Below, in pieces: positions 11,514-25,037 of a stretch of DNA of 64,000 bases. Position 1 is the stretch's first letter. Every line of letters starts with the position of its first letter. Under the pieces are notes generated by a model that did not search any database, was not told the origin of the DNA, and saw only the letters and a program-made list of their open reading frames with translations. The translations under genes and the position numbers were made by a program. Source of the DNA: Octopus bimaculoides (lineage: Eukaryota); assembly GCF_001194135.2 (NCBI RefSeq), contig NC_068992.1:5437839-5501838 (forward strand), written 5' to 3'.

Positions 11514-11860
11514 TGGGCTTGTGTTAGAAGAATTTTCATTGACTTGGGTTGTCTTTTGCTCTTTATGATAGTGTCCGTTTCGAGGATTTGATTCATTCTG
11601 TGGTCCCTTTTTAGTAAAGGAATGTTCTGGAGGATGGTGTCGACGACTTCATTGTTAAGAGGGTTGTGTGTGGAGATGTATGGTAGAGTGTTTGGCTGTA
11701 AATCATTCTTTAGTTTTGGATGTCTGAGTTGGTGGCAGTTGAGTTGTAGGGCACGTTGAAAACCTGTATTAGTTAGTGATGGTGTGTAGTTCCTGCTGAT
11801 GAGTGTACCCTTTAGTTCATGTTGTCGAGTGTTCCTTATGCTGGTATCAGATACTATAGT
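11514..11860 (-). mobile_element. Penelope-like element (PLE) coding fragment, RT thumb to GIY-YIG linker, frameshifted
   Basis: Manual translation: IVSDTSIRNTRQHELKGTLISRNYTPSLTNTGFQRALQLNCHQLRHPK, then after a frameshift TLPYISTHNPLNNEVVDTILQNIPLLKRDHRMNQILETDTIIKSKRQPKSMKILLTQA. LPYISTHNP and IKSKRQPK.L..LT.A are characteristic of this PLE region. Confidence 0.8.
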
Positions 11861-12947
11861 ACAAATCCTTTATATTCATTCTCGTGTGTCAAAGGTGAGA
11901 TGAATGGTAGATACTGCTTGGAAACCGTGGGCTTATAGTGAAACTTTGCAAACGCATAACCATAATTATACCATAACATGTACATTATATCATTCGTTAT
12001 TACAACCAAGCTCACGACATGCATGAAAGCAATATGAGTAACGAATTATTAATTTTTCGTTTTTGAAATATTACTTATTCCTGCTCAGTGAGTTGAGTGG
12101 TAGATGCTGCCTACTTGCAGCAGAACTCATGTATGAGTGATGCTGTTATGAATCTGATTTATCTCTGCAGCATACCAAAATTCCTTTGACAATAAAAAAA
12201 AAAATAGAATCGAAGTTTTTGATTTGTATTAAGGACGGTTGCTTGTTTTTATGTCATGTGTTGCAGGGGAAATTGGCGTAAGTGTACATCATAATATAAA
12301 CATTTGCGAAACATAACGAGCAAATAAGCAGGTATGTGTTAAATGAAAAATTATATAGGAATAGTGTGTGTTGTCAGGGATATAAAAATAATAAACACAG
12401 AAAATCAGATTCACGCCCCTGTCAACGAAACCTAAATTTTCCTATCATTATTTCACCATAGGATTTATATGAAAATCGTCGTTCTGTATAATACCAATTG
12501 GCATATAATACATTTATGGTAATAAATTATGGTGTTGCTGCATACCATATAAAACTATATATTGCGTCACAACTGCTCCAAAGTCAAGTTTCGAAGAAAG
12601 CATTTTAAGTTAATAATCAGCAAAATGTTTGTACTAAAATCACTGCACTAATTTTATAATATATTTGGTAGCACATTCCCAAACGATTTGTAGTACAAAT
12701 TTAAAATTCTATATTCTTTGGCAGATGTTTTCCTACAAATTTCCAGTAATTAACGTTAAGAATTTGATTTCTTCAGCAAATGCATATTAACAGTCCTGCT
12801 TAGATTCAAAGATATAGTTGAATCTTATCTGTCGATCACAAATTCTTATACACGGAAATATTTCTGAATGCATATTCACAAGAAAAAAACATGCGAAAAC
12901 TCACACACACATATAAACAAATAATACACACATATATGTATGGATAA

Positions 12948-12990
<43 letters not shown>

Positions 12991-13074
12991 ATAATATAAC
13001 TAATATATAAATATTTGGATTTATCTACATACATACATATATATGTGTATATACATGCATATATGGGTACAGGT

Positions 13075-13452
13075 ATGAAAAAACGCAGACACAATGTGAA
13101 AACGAAAACATAAAAACAAAAACGAACATTTTTCGAACAACGAAAAACAAACAAACAGAGAACCGAGACATGCAACATAAAGAACATACCCCTTCATCAG
13201 TTGTCACTGTTTCATCTACTCCGCGTTTCGAAGGTAAGGACAATACGTATCTTCGTTGAAACAGTCCTTCCCGCGAAGCAAATAAAATAAATTTTGGGAT
13301 TTTTTGCGGTGGGTGAAAGTGATAACAAAATCAGGACAGTGAGAAGAATTCAGTAAAAACATACGATGAGGGCTGCTGAGCCAAGTGGATGTGAAAAATT
13401 ATGAACGCTGGAAAGACGAGCTATGAGAAGAGACAGGTAAAAGCACGCCTTG
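13075..13452 (-). mobile_element. Non-coding repeat between (TA)n tracts with degenerate hammerhead-like motifs
   Basis: Minus strand carries TTCGAAACGCG and CTGATGAAGGGG plus a 9-bp ACTGTTTCA/TGAAACAGT stem. Repeat status is inferred. Confidence 0.4.
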
Positions 13453-13456
13453 TCTT

Positions 13457-13509
<53 letters not shown>

Positions 13510-14032
13510 CATTATTGCAAAAAAAAGAGACAAATAGGTAGATAACTACAAACATAAAATAATGATATAATATAGTTGCTACTATGCGTTTATACCAAAC
13601 TTCCGTGAGAATTGCAAACTGTATATGAGAAATATCAATAAAAATTTTTATGCGTATTTTCTTTTACAGTTAAATTTTTTCTGCAAAAAAACATTCTTTT
13701 AACTGTTTGGTTATTGATATTTTGTGTTCTTTTACATATTTCGTATAATTTCTTCAGAGGAAAAAGTATTACAATATAGCGAATAGAAAGGAAAGATATT
13801 TTCGTTATTTTCCTTAAAAAACAAAGCTAAAGCTTAGTAGAATATACAATAATCTATAATGTTTATCTTATTCATCAGAAGTTAACCATTGTGTTATTGG
13901 ATTATTTTGTTGATTTCTGGATTGCATTTGTTCGATAAAGCACTAGTGACAGGGGTAGTTGATAACTCATATGCTCAGCATGATGTACAGAAACAACACA
14001 ACTTTATGGAACAAGACATAAGCTTTGCTTAC

Positions 14033-14044
14033 CACAGGTTCGCT
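14033..14044 (-). other. Candidate 12-nt microexon AGCGAACCTGTG
   Basis: Minus strand actttcacatattttatag|AGCGAACCTGTG|gtaagc. Confidence 0.3.
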
Positions 14045-15587
14045 CTATAAAATATGTGAAAGTGTATTTGTGGAAATATTTGTGTGTATTTCACTAGGTA
14101 CGTAAGGAAATTTTACTCCCACAAAGTATGTATATATATTTGATTAGTCAAACAGTCGACTAGTCAAACAGTGCAACCGCCCTAACTACGGAACTTGCAT
14201 TTAGCTTTTAGAGGGCTCAACATACAAATTTAAGTCGGGTCAAACTTTTTCGATAAAAAATCGCTTCACCTGTGCTTCGAAGACTTTAATATATGTTACA
14301 TTTATTTATTACACACCGTAAATCCTTCTCTCTCTCTCTCTCTGTCTCTCTTTCTCTCTCACTGTTTCTCGCTCTCCTTCTCTATCTAAGGATTTATTTT
14401 TGAAATGAGATAAACTACCAAGGCTGTGTGCATTATAGTACATTTATAAATAGGTCTTACTGATGTTTCCAGGAAATTTATTATGTCCCTTCATCGGAGA
14501 CGGTGCGAAAGGATGGTTAAGCAATAGTTAATTTAGATAAGATAGGAAATAGAGAGTGAATGCAGGGATATTGTATTTGTAAATCTATTGTTTAGGCAGA
14601 ATGGTACACATATAAGATTCCAATATCTTGTGAGTAAAATCCAACAGTCTTTAAGATTGGTCATATATATATATATATATATATATGTACGTATGTATAT
14701 GCACATATACATGTATGTCTCTGTGTGTGTGTTTGTGTGTGCGTGTATGAACATGCCAGCATATACACACTTAAGCACACACACACACACACACACAAAT
14801 TATCAAAAAATGAACATCGCAAAAATGAACACAAATATATTTCCTACATAGTCAAACAGCTTGTCAATATCTGGAAATTACAGACAATAAAAGTTTTAAA
14901 TAAATTTACCATGGTAGCGAAACATATATTGTTGAAAAGAATTCGTGGACTGAAAATAAAAACGATTGAATATCAAAAATATTGTAAAGTTATGAACTAC
15001 ATTGAGTACTGCATATAGTAATGTTTAAGTTCTGATTATGTAATATATGATGTAAATGATAACTTTGGAAAGGAGAAATTATAAAAAGGGATTTTTTGAA
15101 GCAACAGTATTTTTATCAAAATAAAATCATTTTTGTACTGTGACTCATTAGAATCAGAGATAATCCATAATTTCATTGGAAGAGAAGAAATATATATACA
15201 TGGTGGGGGTGAATGTTTGTGTGTGTGTTTTGGTATGTATATATTGGCATGTTCATACACCCACACACAAACACACACCCATAGGTGTATGTGCATATAC
15301 ACGTGTATATATATATATATATATATATCTATATATATATNNNNNNNNNNNNNNNNNNNNNNNNNNNNNNNNNNNNNNNNNNNNNNNNNNNNNNNNNNNN
15401 NNNNNNNNNNNNNNNNNNNNNNNNNNNNNNNNNNNNNNNNNNNNNNNNNNNNNNNNNNNNNNNNNNNNNNNNNNNNNNNNNNNNNNNNNNNNNNNNNNNN
15501 NNNNNNNNNNNNNNNNNNNNNNNNNTATATATGTGTGTGTGTTTGTGTGTGTGTGTGTATATATATTTATATATATATATATATATG

Positions 15588-15589
<2 letters not shown>

Positions 15590-15660
<71 letters not shown>
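15590..15660. repeat. (TAGA)n microsatellite
   Basis: Seen directly. Confidence 0.95.
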
Positions 15661-15661
<1 letters not shown>

Positions 15662-16474
15662 CAGGGAGAGAGAGAAACAGTGAGAGAAAGAGAGAAGGAT
15701 TGATGGTATCTAATAACTAAATGTATCTCTCACTCGCACGCTTTCTCCCTCTCTGTATCTACTTTTACACAATCACACAGACACACGCGCACACATACAC
15801 ACATGCTCAGATTTTTTGATACTTTTGACAAAAATCCAAGATATTGAATATTCCTCTGGACCATCCGCATCTCTGATTTAGATTTGTCTTCAAAACTCAT
15901 TCCATGAGGTTTGAAATGTAAGCAGATTTTGCTGGTGACCGCTTCTGCTGAAATTGGAATTAGTAAAGATTGAAAAATCGATAGTAAATGTTGAGTTTAG
16001 TGAATGATTTAAAAGTTAGATCGATGGAAAAACATAACCACGACAAGAATACCACACAGTTCCTTTCAAGTGCAATCAATGCAGCCTGTACTTTCCCACA
16101 TGTGTTGGCCTCCCTGTATTCTCATCGATAATACGCTGTCAACAAAGGAAAATCGATTCTTTGTAGGCACAGAATTCTCGGCTCCCGAGAATAATGGCCT
16201 GCTCCGCACACATATACATTCATCCCCACACCCATTTCTATACGCATTTCTACATACTTATATATGTATACATACATATATACATTTTTTGAAAGAATAT
16301 TTGCTTAGTATCTAAATACAAGGGGCATTTTCTTTGTTTCTGTTTTCTTCAAATAATGTGTGACAATTATATGAGAGAATTATTTTCATTAATCCAGCAT
16401 CTTTGTTTTCAAGAAAACTTCCTTTTGAAGCACTGCATTTTTGACACATATCTTTGATAGAGTTTGTTTATTGT

Positions 16475-16833
16475 GGAGGCGCAATGGCCCAGTGGTTAGC
16501 ACAGCGGACTCACGGTCATAGGATCGCGGTTTCGATTCCCAGGCCGGGCGTTGTGAGTGTTTATTGAGCGAAAACACCTAAAAGCTCTACGAGGCTCCGG
16601 CAGGGGATGGTGGTGAACGCTGCTGTACTCTTCCACCACAACTTTCTCTCACTCTTACTTCCTGTTTCTGTTGTGCCTGTAATTCAAAGGGCCAGCCTTG
16701 TCCCACACTTTGTCACGCTGATTATCCCCGAGAACTTCGTTAAGGGTACACGTGGCTGTGGAGTGCTCAGCCACTTGCACGTTAATTTCAACTGGATCCC
16801 TCGACGTTGTAAGCGACGGAGTGCCAACAACAA
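16475..16833 (+). mobile_element. tRNA-derived SINE, family C, full length with target-site duplication
   Basis: A box TGGCCCAGTGG, B box GTTTCGATTCC and a (CAA)n-type tail. Flanks AGTTTGTTTATTGT (16461-16474) and AGTTTGTTCATTAT (16834-16847) match 12/14, consistent with a TSD. Confidence 0.9.
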
Positions 16834-17949
16834 AGTTTGTTCATTATTATTATTATTATTTTAAGAAACTCCAACGTACAATAAAAGAAATCAATGGCAC
16901 TATGTAACTATATGAGAAATCCCTGGTTAAGGAAGTTCGTGTAAATCGCCAAGTATAATGACTGAACTATCTTGAATATCTATTAAAAATATACTTTATG
17001 TACAGTAAGAAGGAAATAGGATGCGTTACGTTTCGAAACTTCTGTTAAATATTGTTGCTTTACTATAATTTAACTATATCTCACCACCAATATTAAATCC
17101 AGTATTGTAGCTGCATGGACTTTATCTCTAGCCAGAACTTGATCTTATAATACGAGAGATTGCAAAAGATATGTTGAATATCCTAAGCTGATAAGAAATG
17201 ATTATCCAGGATATGTGTTCTAGATGTCTGGTTCTAGATGTGAAGTTCACTATATGCTTCTTATCTTTGAAGTTATCATAAAATATGAAGAAATATATTG
17301 GTGAAATGGATAAACAGCCCTAAAACATTCAGGGAATCTATAGAGGCAATACTCTCTGATAGAGCAATTTCTTCAGACATGAAGTATTGTTAGAAAAGAA
17401 CATTGGAAAAAACGAAATGTTCAAAGATGTTTTTTTTTTTTTACATCTGATAACAATATACTATTAAATAGAAAAGAGAGATTCTCCAGATAACAACATC
17501 TGTAGCAGCGATATCAAAATGAATGAAATGAAACGCGAAAGCGTTATACCAAAATGCATATGTGTTTGGGAATAATTCACAAAAGCCCCAGCATAACCAC
17601 TATAAAGTCCACAAACTTGTTATTGTAGAACTTCTGTATATATTGCGTAATATTGAAACTGAAAAGCCAATCGTTTTATAAATATTACTGACTTCAAAAA
17701 TTCGGGAGAGGTTTCATTTCTTAAAATAAAAGTGAGTATATACGTATTGGATAACATACAGGAAATTCAGGAATTCAGAAAGACTATTCACGATTAGCCA
17801 AATTATTCCCTCTAAATAAGATTGTTGAATGTCATGAAGAATGCTCAATATTAATAACTGCATCATAATGTATTTATATGTCCCAGCACAAATTGAAGTA
17901 TGTATCGCAAGGATGAATTGTAGAAACTGGTAAAGGTTGTGAGAAGATA

Positions 17950-18550
17950 TTGGGGTGGGAGGAAAATTTGAAAGTGGGAAATTGTAAGTCAGCAGCACCT
18001 GTATGGAATGTGTGACAACGGGAATAGTGCAAGGAGACGAGTAGTGGGATTGTGGGTTGGGTTGGAAAGAGTATTCCGAGAAAGAGACACGTGAAAAAGC
18101 GAATTTCGTGAATGCTAACATTGGACAACGGTGGCAGGACTACAATGGTAGAGATTGTGATTTCTTTTGGTTGGGTAATATGAAAGAGGGAAATGAATTT
18201 TCGTATATTGTTCTGGTTAAAAGATAAAGATGTTTAATGTGCTGGTTAAAGGAGAGAGAGCAGGGACCAGTAAAGGATGGAAAAAAGAGTGTGGGCTTTA
18301 GGAATATGAGGATGTAGGGTGTGGATTTTTGAAAGAGTGAAGCGGAGTATGACATGAATAACAATTAGAAGAATAGAAGAGGAGAATACTGAAATATGGA
18401 GAGGGGGCTAGATAACCATACTGAGATTGAACCCATGTCAGAAAAGGTTGGCGTGAAATTAACGGTTTGTAATCCTTTGGTGTTAATTGCAAAGGTTCAA
18501 AAGAAACATTAATTTTATCGATCTCATCGGATAAAATAGCCTGGGAAAAC
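17950..18550 (-). mobile_element. Probable decayed CR1/L2-group LINE ORF2 3' end
   Basis: Translated pieces in order (FKNPHPTSSYS; SLPL*SCHRC/NVS; SLHYSRCHTFH; FPLSNFPPTP) loosely follow the CR1-group C-terminus (YK..IRP..EY.S; SL..RR.VA; LP..VFP). Very degenerate. Confidence 0.4.
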
Positions 18551-21319
18551 AATTAGCAATGTCCCTAGTTTCAGATACACCACCTCAAACATTAAAACCC
18601 TGATGTCACTATATTACGTCGTACATTCAAAAGCTAAATTTTCTAATATGATTAGATATCAAATTTAGTCACATTTCTTTTCATGGTAAGATTTCAGGAG
18701 ATCCGTACTCCTCTACAACCGACAATATAAATAAACAACCATTACACATTATTAGATATCATTATTAGATATCAGTAAATAAATTTGTTTGAGGAATTCA
18801 TATGTAAATACCAGTAACATCTTACATATATTGGTCGATGGTATAATTATATTGGGAGTCACACCATTCTCGAACAACCAGCAACCCCAAAGAATGTCTA
18901 TTTTAGAATAAGTCTACATTTGTCTGACAAGAGTTGTTATCCAATGAACAAATTTAGCATGGATTGGCATATTCTTGTTCGAAAATTCCTAGTATCATAA
19001 AGAATGAATATGTAAATCAACGTTCGGATCCTAGTCGTTCGGGGTGAACATGATGATTTATAATAGGATGCATAGCATGAACAAATAATGTGTTACTTGA
19101 ATTCATATTCAAGAGGCGCAAATGTTTGGTTCGATTGGGGAAACACAAGAGTTTTGAAATATCGAGTGACATGAAATATCCTACCCTTGCGCTAAAGAAT
19201 AGTGTATGTTCTCAAGACTCTTTCCTTTGAAAAATGAAGCCAACCTCCAGTGATTAATTACAGCAGTGAATAGCATATTCAAGTTCCAATGCACCTACAA
19301 GTAATAGGCCAGGAATGCTGAAATTTTTATTGTCAACTGTCTCTTGTAATCTTGAATTCATGATATACTAATGTCTGGATTTGATATTGCATCTTGTGTT
19401 GTTCTTTGGCATCTGCGTCGAGGGTTCCGTTCTAATAAGGTAACTGATTTTCCTTCTGAATTTGATCATTATATGATGGTAAAATTACACAAACACTTCG
19501 ACCTTCTTGCGAGTCTCTTGCTACACACCGCTACTGCTCTTTCCTTATAACCCTTTTGTAAAATACTTCCTCTGGCAGTTCAACGAATCAAATATTTTCT
19601 GACATGAAGCATGCATTCATTTGCATTTTTTCGTGCGTGATTCGTACTTCAATTTCATTCGTTTGCTTTTCAGTACGGAACATTGATTAAAAGCAGAAAA
19701 TCACACACAGTTTTCTGACAACTTGTGATGTTTCGTCCATTATTAATCGTTCTTCTGTCGTCCTTGACCGATGCAATGAACACTTTTGAAGGAAATAATG
19801 ACCCTGAATTGCGACCTATAGCAAAATACATTTGACTATAGACATTAACGATATCAACCTATGCTGCATACGATAAAGCCAAAACTGTGTTATGTTCGAC
19901 ATTATATGAGAAGGATTATGCTCACATATATTTCCTTCATTGTGGTGAAAATGCAGTTGTAATCCTGGATTGAGCACGTTCAGAAACAAGGGGTCGAGGA
20001 TGATCCACCTAAAATTAATGAAATTCATCTCGATTTTTTTCCCTTAATTTATCCCATAAATCTAAAGCATGCTTAAAACAAGATAAAAAACTGAATTTAA
20101 ATTTTTGATATATTCCTTTCTTCACCACCAGCAATATTTTGAAATATCGGCATGCGAGGCGTTTCGAATCATTGAATGTTATGCATGATACATGGTAGCT
20201 GAAATTCCTGCTCAGATTGCGCGAACGCTTTGCCGCGTTTAATATTCTCCCTCTCACACTCTCTCTCCTTCTTTCTGTCTACCCCACTTTCTCCTCCCGC
20301 TCTCTCTCTCTCTCTTTCTCTCTCTCTCTTTCTCTCTCTCTCTTTCTCTCTCTCTCTCCGCTCAAATGCATTTTAAAGTTAATACTCGTTAACGCAACCA
20401 ACATAACTGATCATTATGAAACATGACACATCTTGATTCATACAGGCCCTGATCTGAATACAAAGAGCTACAATTATTGTTCCAACAAACACAATATCTA
20501 CTAGGCGTGCCAAAAAAAAAAAGATGGGTGAAAAACTGATTTGCTACATGTGACAGTCAAACCTAATACAAACCGCAATCTAGACATAAACAAGAAGTGA
20601 TATTTGAGACATATAGACCAATTTATGATATATTCGAACTTAAAAGTGGTTCGGTAGACTTGAGGATTGCGAATTTGCTAAGGAACCAAAACATCATGTT
20701 TATTTATATATAATCCATTCCTTTCTAATCTTATGTTTAATGTAACAAAACAAAGAAATAAATTATGAAAAACGCTTCAGCATATTTAAAGCTACCTTAA
20801 TAACGAAATGCATCTGCCTATTTGGAGCAAACCCTCTTTTTATTGCTCAGGATTTTCGTGGATTAACTAATGCTATATGTATGGCGAGAAGATATAGCGA
20901 GGGACTTGTTTAAGAAATCACTTGAAAAGGCCCATTCTATACCGGGAATGCGGAACCATCGATTGTACAGCACATCGAATATGAGCTACAGGTTCGAAAA
21001 TGTGTCGAAACAATTGTAGAAATCTTAAATAAAGTATCTCATGAATAAGATTATCTCCCTCTCTTTCTATCTATCTGTTTATCTCCCTCTCTATTTATCC
21101 ATCCCTCCATCCATCCATCCAACCACCCATCCATCTATCCATCCATCTGTCTATCTATCTATCTACCTCTCTATCTATCTATATATCCATCTATCAATCT
21201 CTCTATTTATTATTTATATACCTAAGTATTTATATCTATAAATGTGAGTGTGCGTGTGCGTGTGTGTGTGAGTGTGTGTGTGTGTCTGCGTCTGTGTGTG
21301 TGCATGCACATACATGAGA

Positions 21320-21450
21320 TACTTTCTTTTCAGTTTCCTCTACCAGATCCATTGCCAATGCTGTGGCTGACCCGAAGCCATAGTAAAAGACACTCGCCAA
21401 GGTGACATGGAGTGGAACTCAAAACCATGTTGTTCGGAAGCAAACTTCTT
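21320..21450 (-). mobile_element. SINE family A, 5' part, degenerate
   Basis: Reverse complement matches the head and central motif of 5556-5720. Confidence 0.7.
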
Positions 21451-21470
21451 TTCTGAAAGCCATTCTAGCT

Positions 21471-21513
<43 letters not shown>

Positions 21514-21518
21514 ACACC

Positions 21519-21584
<66 letters not shown>

Positions 21585-23923
21585 TTGCATTGTGTGGTGT
21601 GCGACTGAAAATGTGAGAGTGTGTGTGGCTGTGAATGTGTGAGTGAGTGTGTGTGTGAGTGTGTGTGTGTGTGTGTAAGTGTGTGTGTGTGTGTGTGTGT
21701 GTGTGAGTATTTAAAATAAAATCTACTTTAAATAATATGTAAATGGGAAGTCAACTAAGCTCCAAAATAGGAACACTTTTTTACAGAAATTGTTTTAATA
21801 TATACTTATTCATAAGTAAGCATCGAATCTTTATTAAAGAAACGTATTGGATTTCAAGATTAAACAAATTCCGTTTTTATCTGTTATTCTATATATATTA
21901 TGTTAGAAATTTCCCAAAATAACAGATTTTGATATGAAATGATTTTTATATTCTGGATGGAATATGATAAAAATATTATCACATGATTTTCTGATTCTCT
22001 ATTGTTACTTCAACACTTATCAGTTTTGTCTCTTTTCGTGTGAATATGATCGCGTATATATAGAACGGTAGGTATGTTAGCATGTAAGCATGAACAGAAA
22101 CACGCAATTTTGTTTTTGAATAGCTGTAAATAAAACCTAAATCTGTGATCATATGGAGAAAAGAAAATGTATATGACGTTTTCCATCACCATCGAAGTGC
22201 AAAATACAAACCATTGCTATACTTATACTTCCTGATAACATCTCTCATGGACACATGCAATTTCTATTTTCTGAACAATACTAATGCTTCTAAAATAACT
22301 TCTTTTTTCTTCATATTCTGCTAAATATGACAAGTATGAATGCCAGTTGAATCACATAAGATAAATGATTTCTTTAGATTTTATTTGATAATAATTGTTA
22401 TTGTGGTTATTTGCTGTTGCTCGTTAATTCAGTTACAAAATTATGATAATGAGTGTATATTATATCCCAACATTTAATACCCTAGAACAATATTGTAATA
22501 ATTCATCCAAATATCAATGTTTACTTTCTTTTGTACATAAACATGCTTTCATCGGTAAGACGTGATTTGTTGAGGTAAATATTCATAAACTGACACACAC
22601 CTGTATGCAAAGAAGCCAATATTTCCGCATGGCTGGTCATGTTTTCGCAAAATATTGGAAATGAAGGGCATTGCTTGTTTGATAGTTAAACTCATTTACA
22701 AATATTACGCTATGTCAAGACAACGTGACATACACACACAAACACACTTACATGAAAATATATCCATATATACAATTATAAATGAGTGTGTTTGTGTGTA
22801 TGTGTGTTAACTTATCACCAGAGACTCATGGGTTATTATTTACTCCCTTATCCAAATATCTATATTTCAAGCTCTTCTATTTTTCTTACATCTCATTTCT
22901 CTCACTTCTACTATGCAGCTTATTTTATACGTCCAAACAGCGGGAAAACTCCATAAAGCACTTTTTATTTTTTCGCGTCATCCTCTCTACTGCATTGCTT
23001 CAAACATCTACAGTAAAACCGCATCAACATTATTAGATGTTTCAGCGTTCCCTGATAATTTGGAAATTTGTATTACATTTTTGTGAATCTCTAAAAAAAA
23101 GTCAACTGCTGCCAACATTAGCAGGATTACTTGGAGAAGCTCTCAAATAATTTGGTTGATAGACCTCACGGAAAACCACGGGTGAAAGCCATATTTTGAA
23201 CTGCAGTATCTCCGTCTAAAATGATTTTAATATATATCTCAAACACATTTGAGTGTGCTTTCCATTCATATCAGTGGGCAAACTTTGAAGTCAATTTTGA
23301 GATTTTATGATATATTTTTGTTTATTTTTTTAATCTTACCATCTTATATGTTTTAACATGATTATATGTATGTATGTATGTAACATGTGAAGCATATATG
23401 AAGTGATTACTATGCCTATGTGGGATTAACACTGTACAGTGTATAAGCTTTATAATTCATCCTCATGTAAATATCTAACCTGTGATTTCTATCTATATTC
23501 TGTATTTCGCTTATGCAAGCGCCTCTAACACGTATGTACACACACATATTAATATCGTATAATCAATATATTGTATTTTCTGCACATATGATTATCATAT
23601 TATGCCAGTGATAGCTCTTGAAGACACTGTTCTTAATTTATGTTCTATAATTTCTTATTTATAAACTATAATCCATATATTTGCAAGAAACAAAAATAGC
23701 TAGTTGTAAAACCTCAAGCAGAAACCAGAGTAGTAACTATATGAACTAAACTATAATGTGGCGACTGACTTTACTTTTTCGTATAATTTCTACTCTAATT
23801 CATATATTATTCATTACAAACCGCTGCAGCGAACGTCTGGTGTCTTACTGTACTTTTTCTCCTTAAAATTTAGACCACTCCATATCTGGCTCTCTATCAT
23901 CCTCAGAATTAATCCATCTACAT

Positions 23924-24252
23924 CAGAGGTTATCAAGCTTTTGGGGCCTCAACCGCTCATGACCACATAATACCCTCAGCGCCCCGCCCCTATTTTATGT
24001 ATAAATGAATATTTTATATTTCACTAATTTATACATACTACGAATCATTTAATATTTAATATAACATTATAAAATGTGTATACAGTACTATAATATTATT
24101 ATAAATTCATAGCGTCCCCTAATCCACTGCTTTCTTCCCAACGCCTCCTTTTTCTCTACCAGCACCCCGCACCAACCCCTTGGACGCTAGCGCCTACCTG
24201 GACCCTCTCAATTCCCACCCGTGGGCTGTAGCGCCCACTTTGAGAACCTATG
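23924..24252. mobile_element. hAT-type MITE
   Basis: Left end CAGAGGTTATCAA versus reverse complement of the right end CATAGGTTCTCAA matches 11/13 and resembles hAT CAG..GTTCTCAA termini. Flanks ATCTACAT (23916-23923) and ATTTAGAT (24256-24263, offset 3 nt) each differ by one base from ATCTAGAT, a possible 8-bp TSD. Confidence 0.55.
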
Positions 24253-24399
24253 ATTATTTAGATTCTACAACATTAGTTGTGACAGATAGCATATACTAAG
24301 TAATATTTTGTTTCTATTTTTAGGCGAAAACTAGAAATCTGTGAGGAACAACAAGTCCATTTTTACAACATTTGTACTTTACTTGTACTCATTGTATTG

Positions 24400-24515
24400 A
24401 GTTCGAGAGGATGAGAGCCAATGTCGGCTTGGGTGAAATTTGAACTCAGAAAATAAAGAGACAGAGGAAATGTCCCAAAACATTTCGTCCAGTGTCGTAC
24501 GCTTGCGACATTTTA
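24400..24515 (-). mobile_element. Degenerate SINE family B fragment
   Basis: GGATGAGAGCCAATGTCGGCTTGGGTGAAATTTGAACTCAGAA aligns with GGATGAAAGGCAAAGTCGACCTCGGCGGAATTTGAACTCAGAA at 41.6 kb. Confidence 0.55.
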
Positions 24516-24804
24516 TCGCCTGAAAATATCTAAGTAATAATGATTCCAGCCAAAACCTTAGCTGGAATTATTATCTACCACCGCTCCCAATTTAATCCAA
24601 CATAGATTGTGCGGCAAGCAAACATCTCTGGTCAAGCTCACACTACGCATACGGGTTGATACCCTTTTTACATCTGAGAATTACTCATCCGCAACTGGAT
24701 AATTTTTCACTACGGTATATTTAAAAATGTCTGCCTTACTTTCTCGTTTTTACTCTCCTCCCTCTTTCCCCCTTTCCCTTTCTCTCTCTATCCCTGTCTC
24801 TGCT

Positions 24805-24839
<35 letters not shown>

Positions 24840-24973
24840 AAGTGTTAGGACAGCGGTTGTGGGATATTGGTTGCAATGATCATGGTGAAACAGAAAATGC
24901 TCTTGGTGAAGCGGGATGCGATACTATGTTGGAGAAGGAAGCTGAAATAATTAAAGAAAGAACTAAAGAATGA

Positions 24974-24974
<1 letters not shown>

Positions 24975-25037
<63 letters not shown>
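24975..25037. repeat. (GAAA)n microsatellite
   Basis: Seen directly. Confidence 0.95.

Noticed and set aside
18840-20200. Complex sequence that might be decayed transposase coding (for example SYNVEHNTVLAL on the minus strand)
   Set aside because: No ordered series of family motifs could be assembled by eye; it needs BLASTX.
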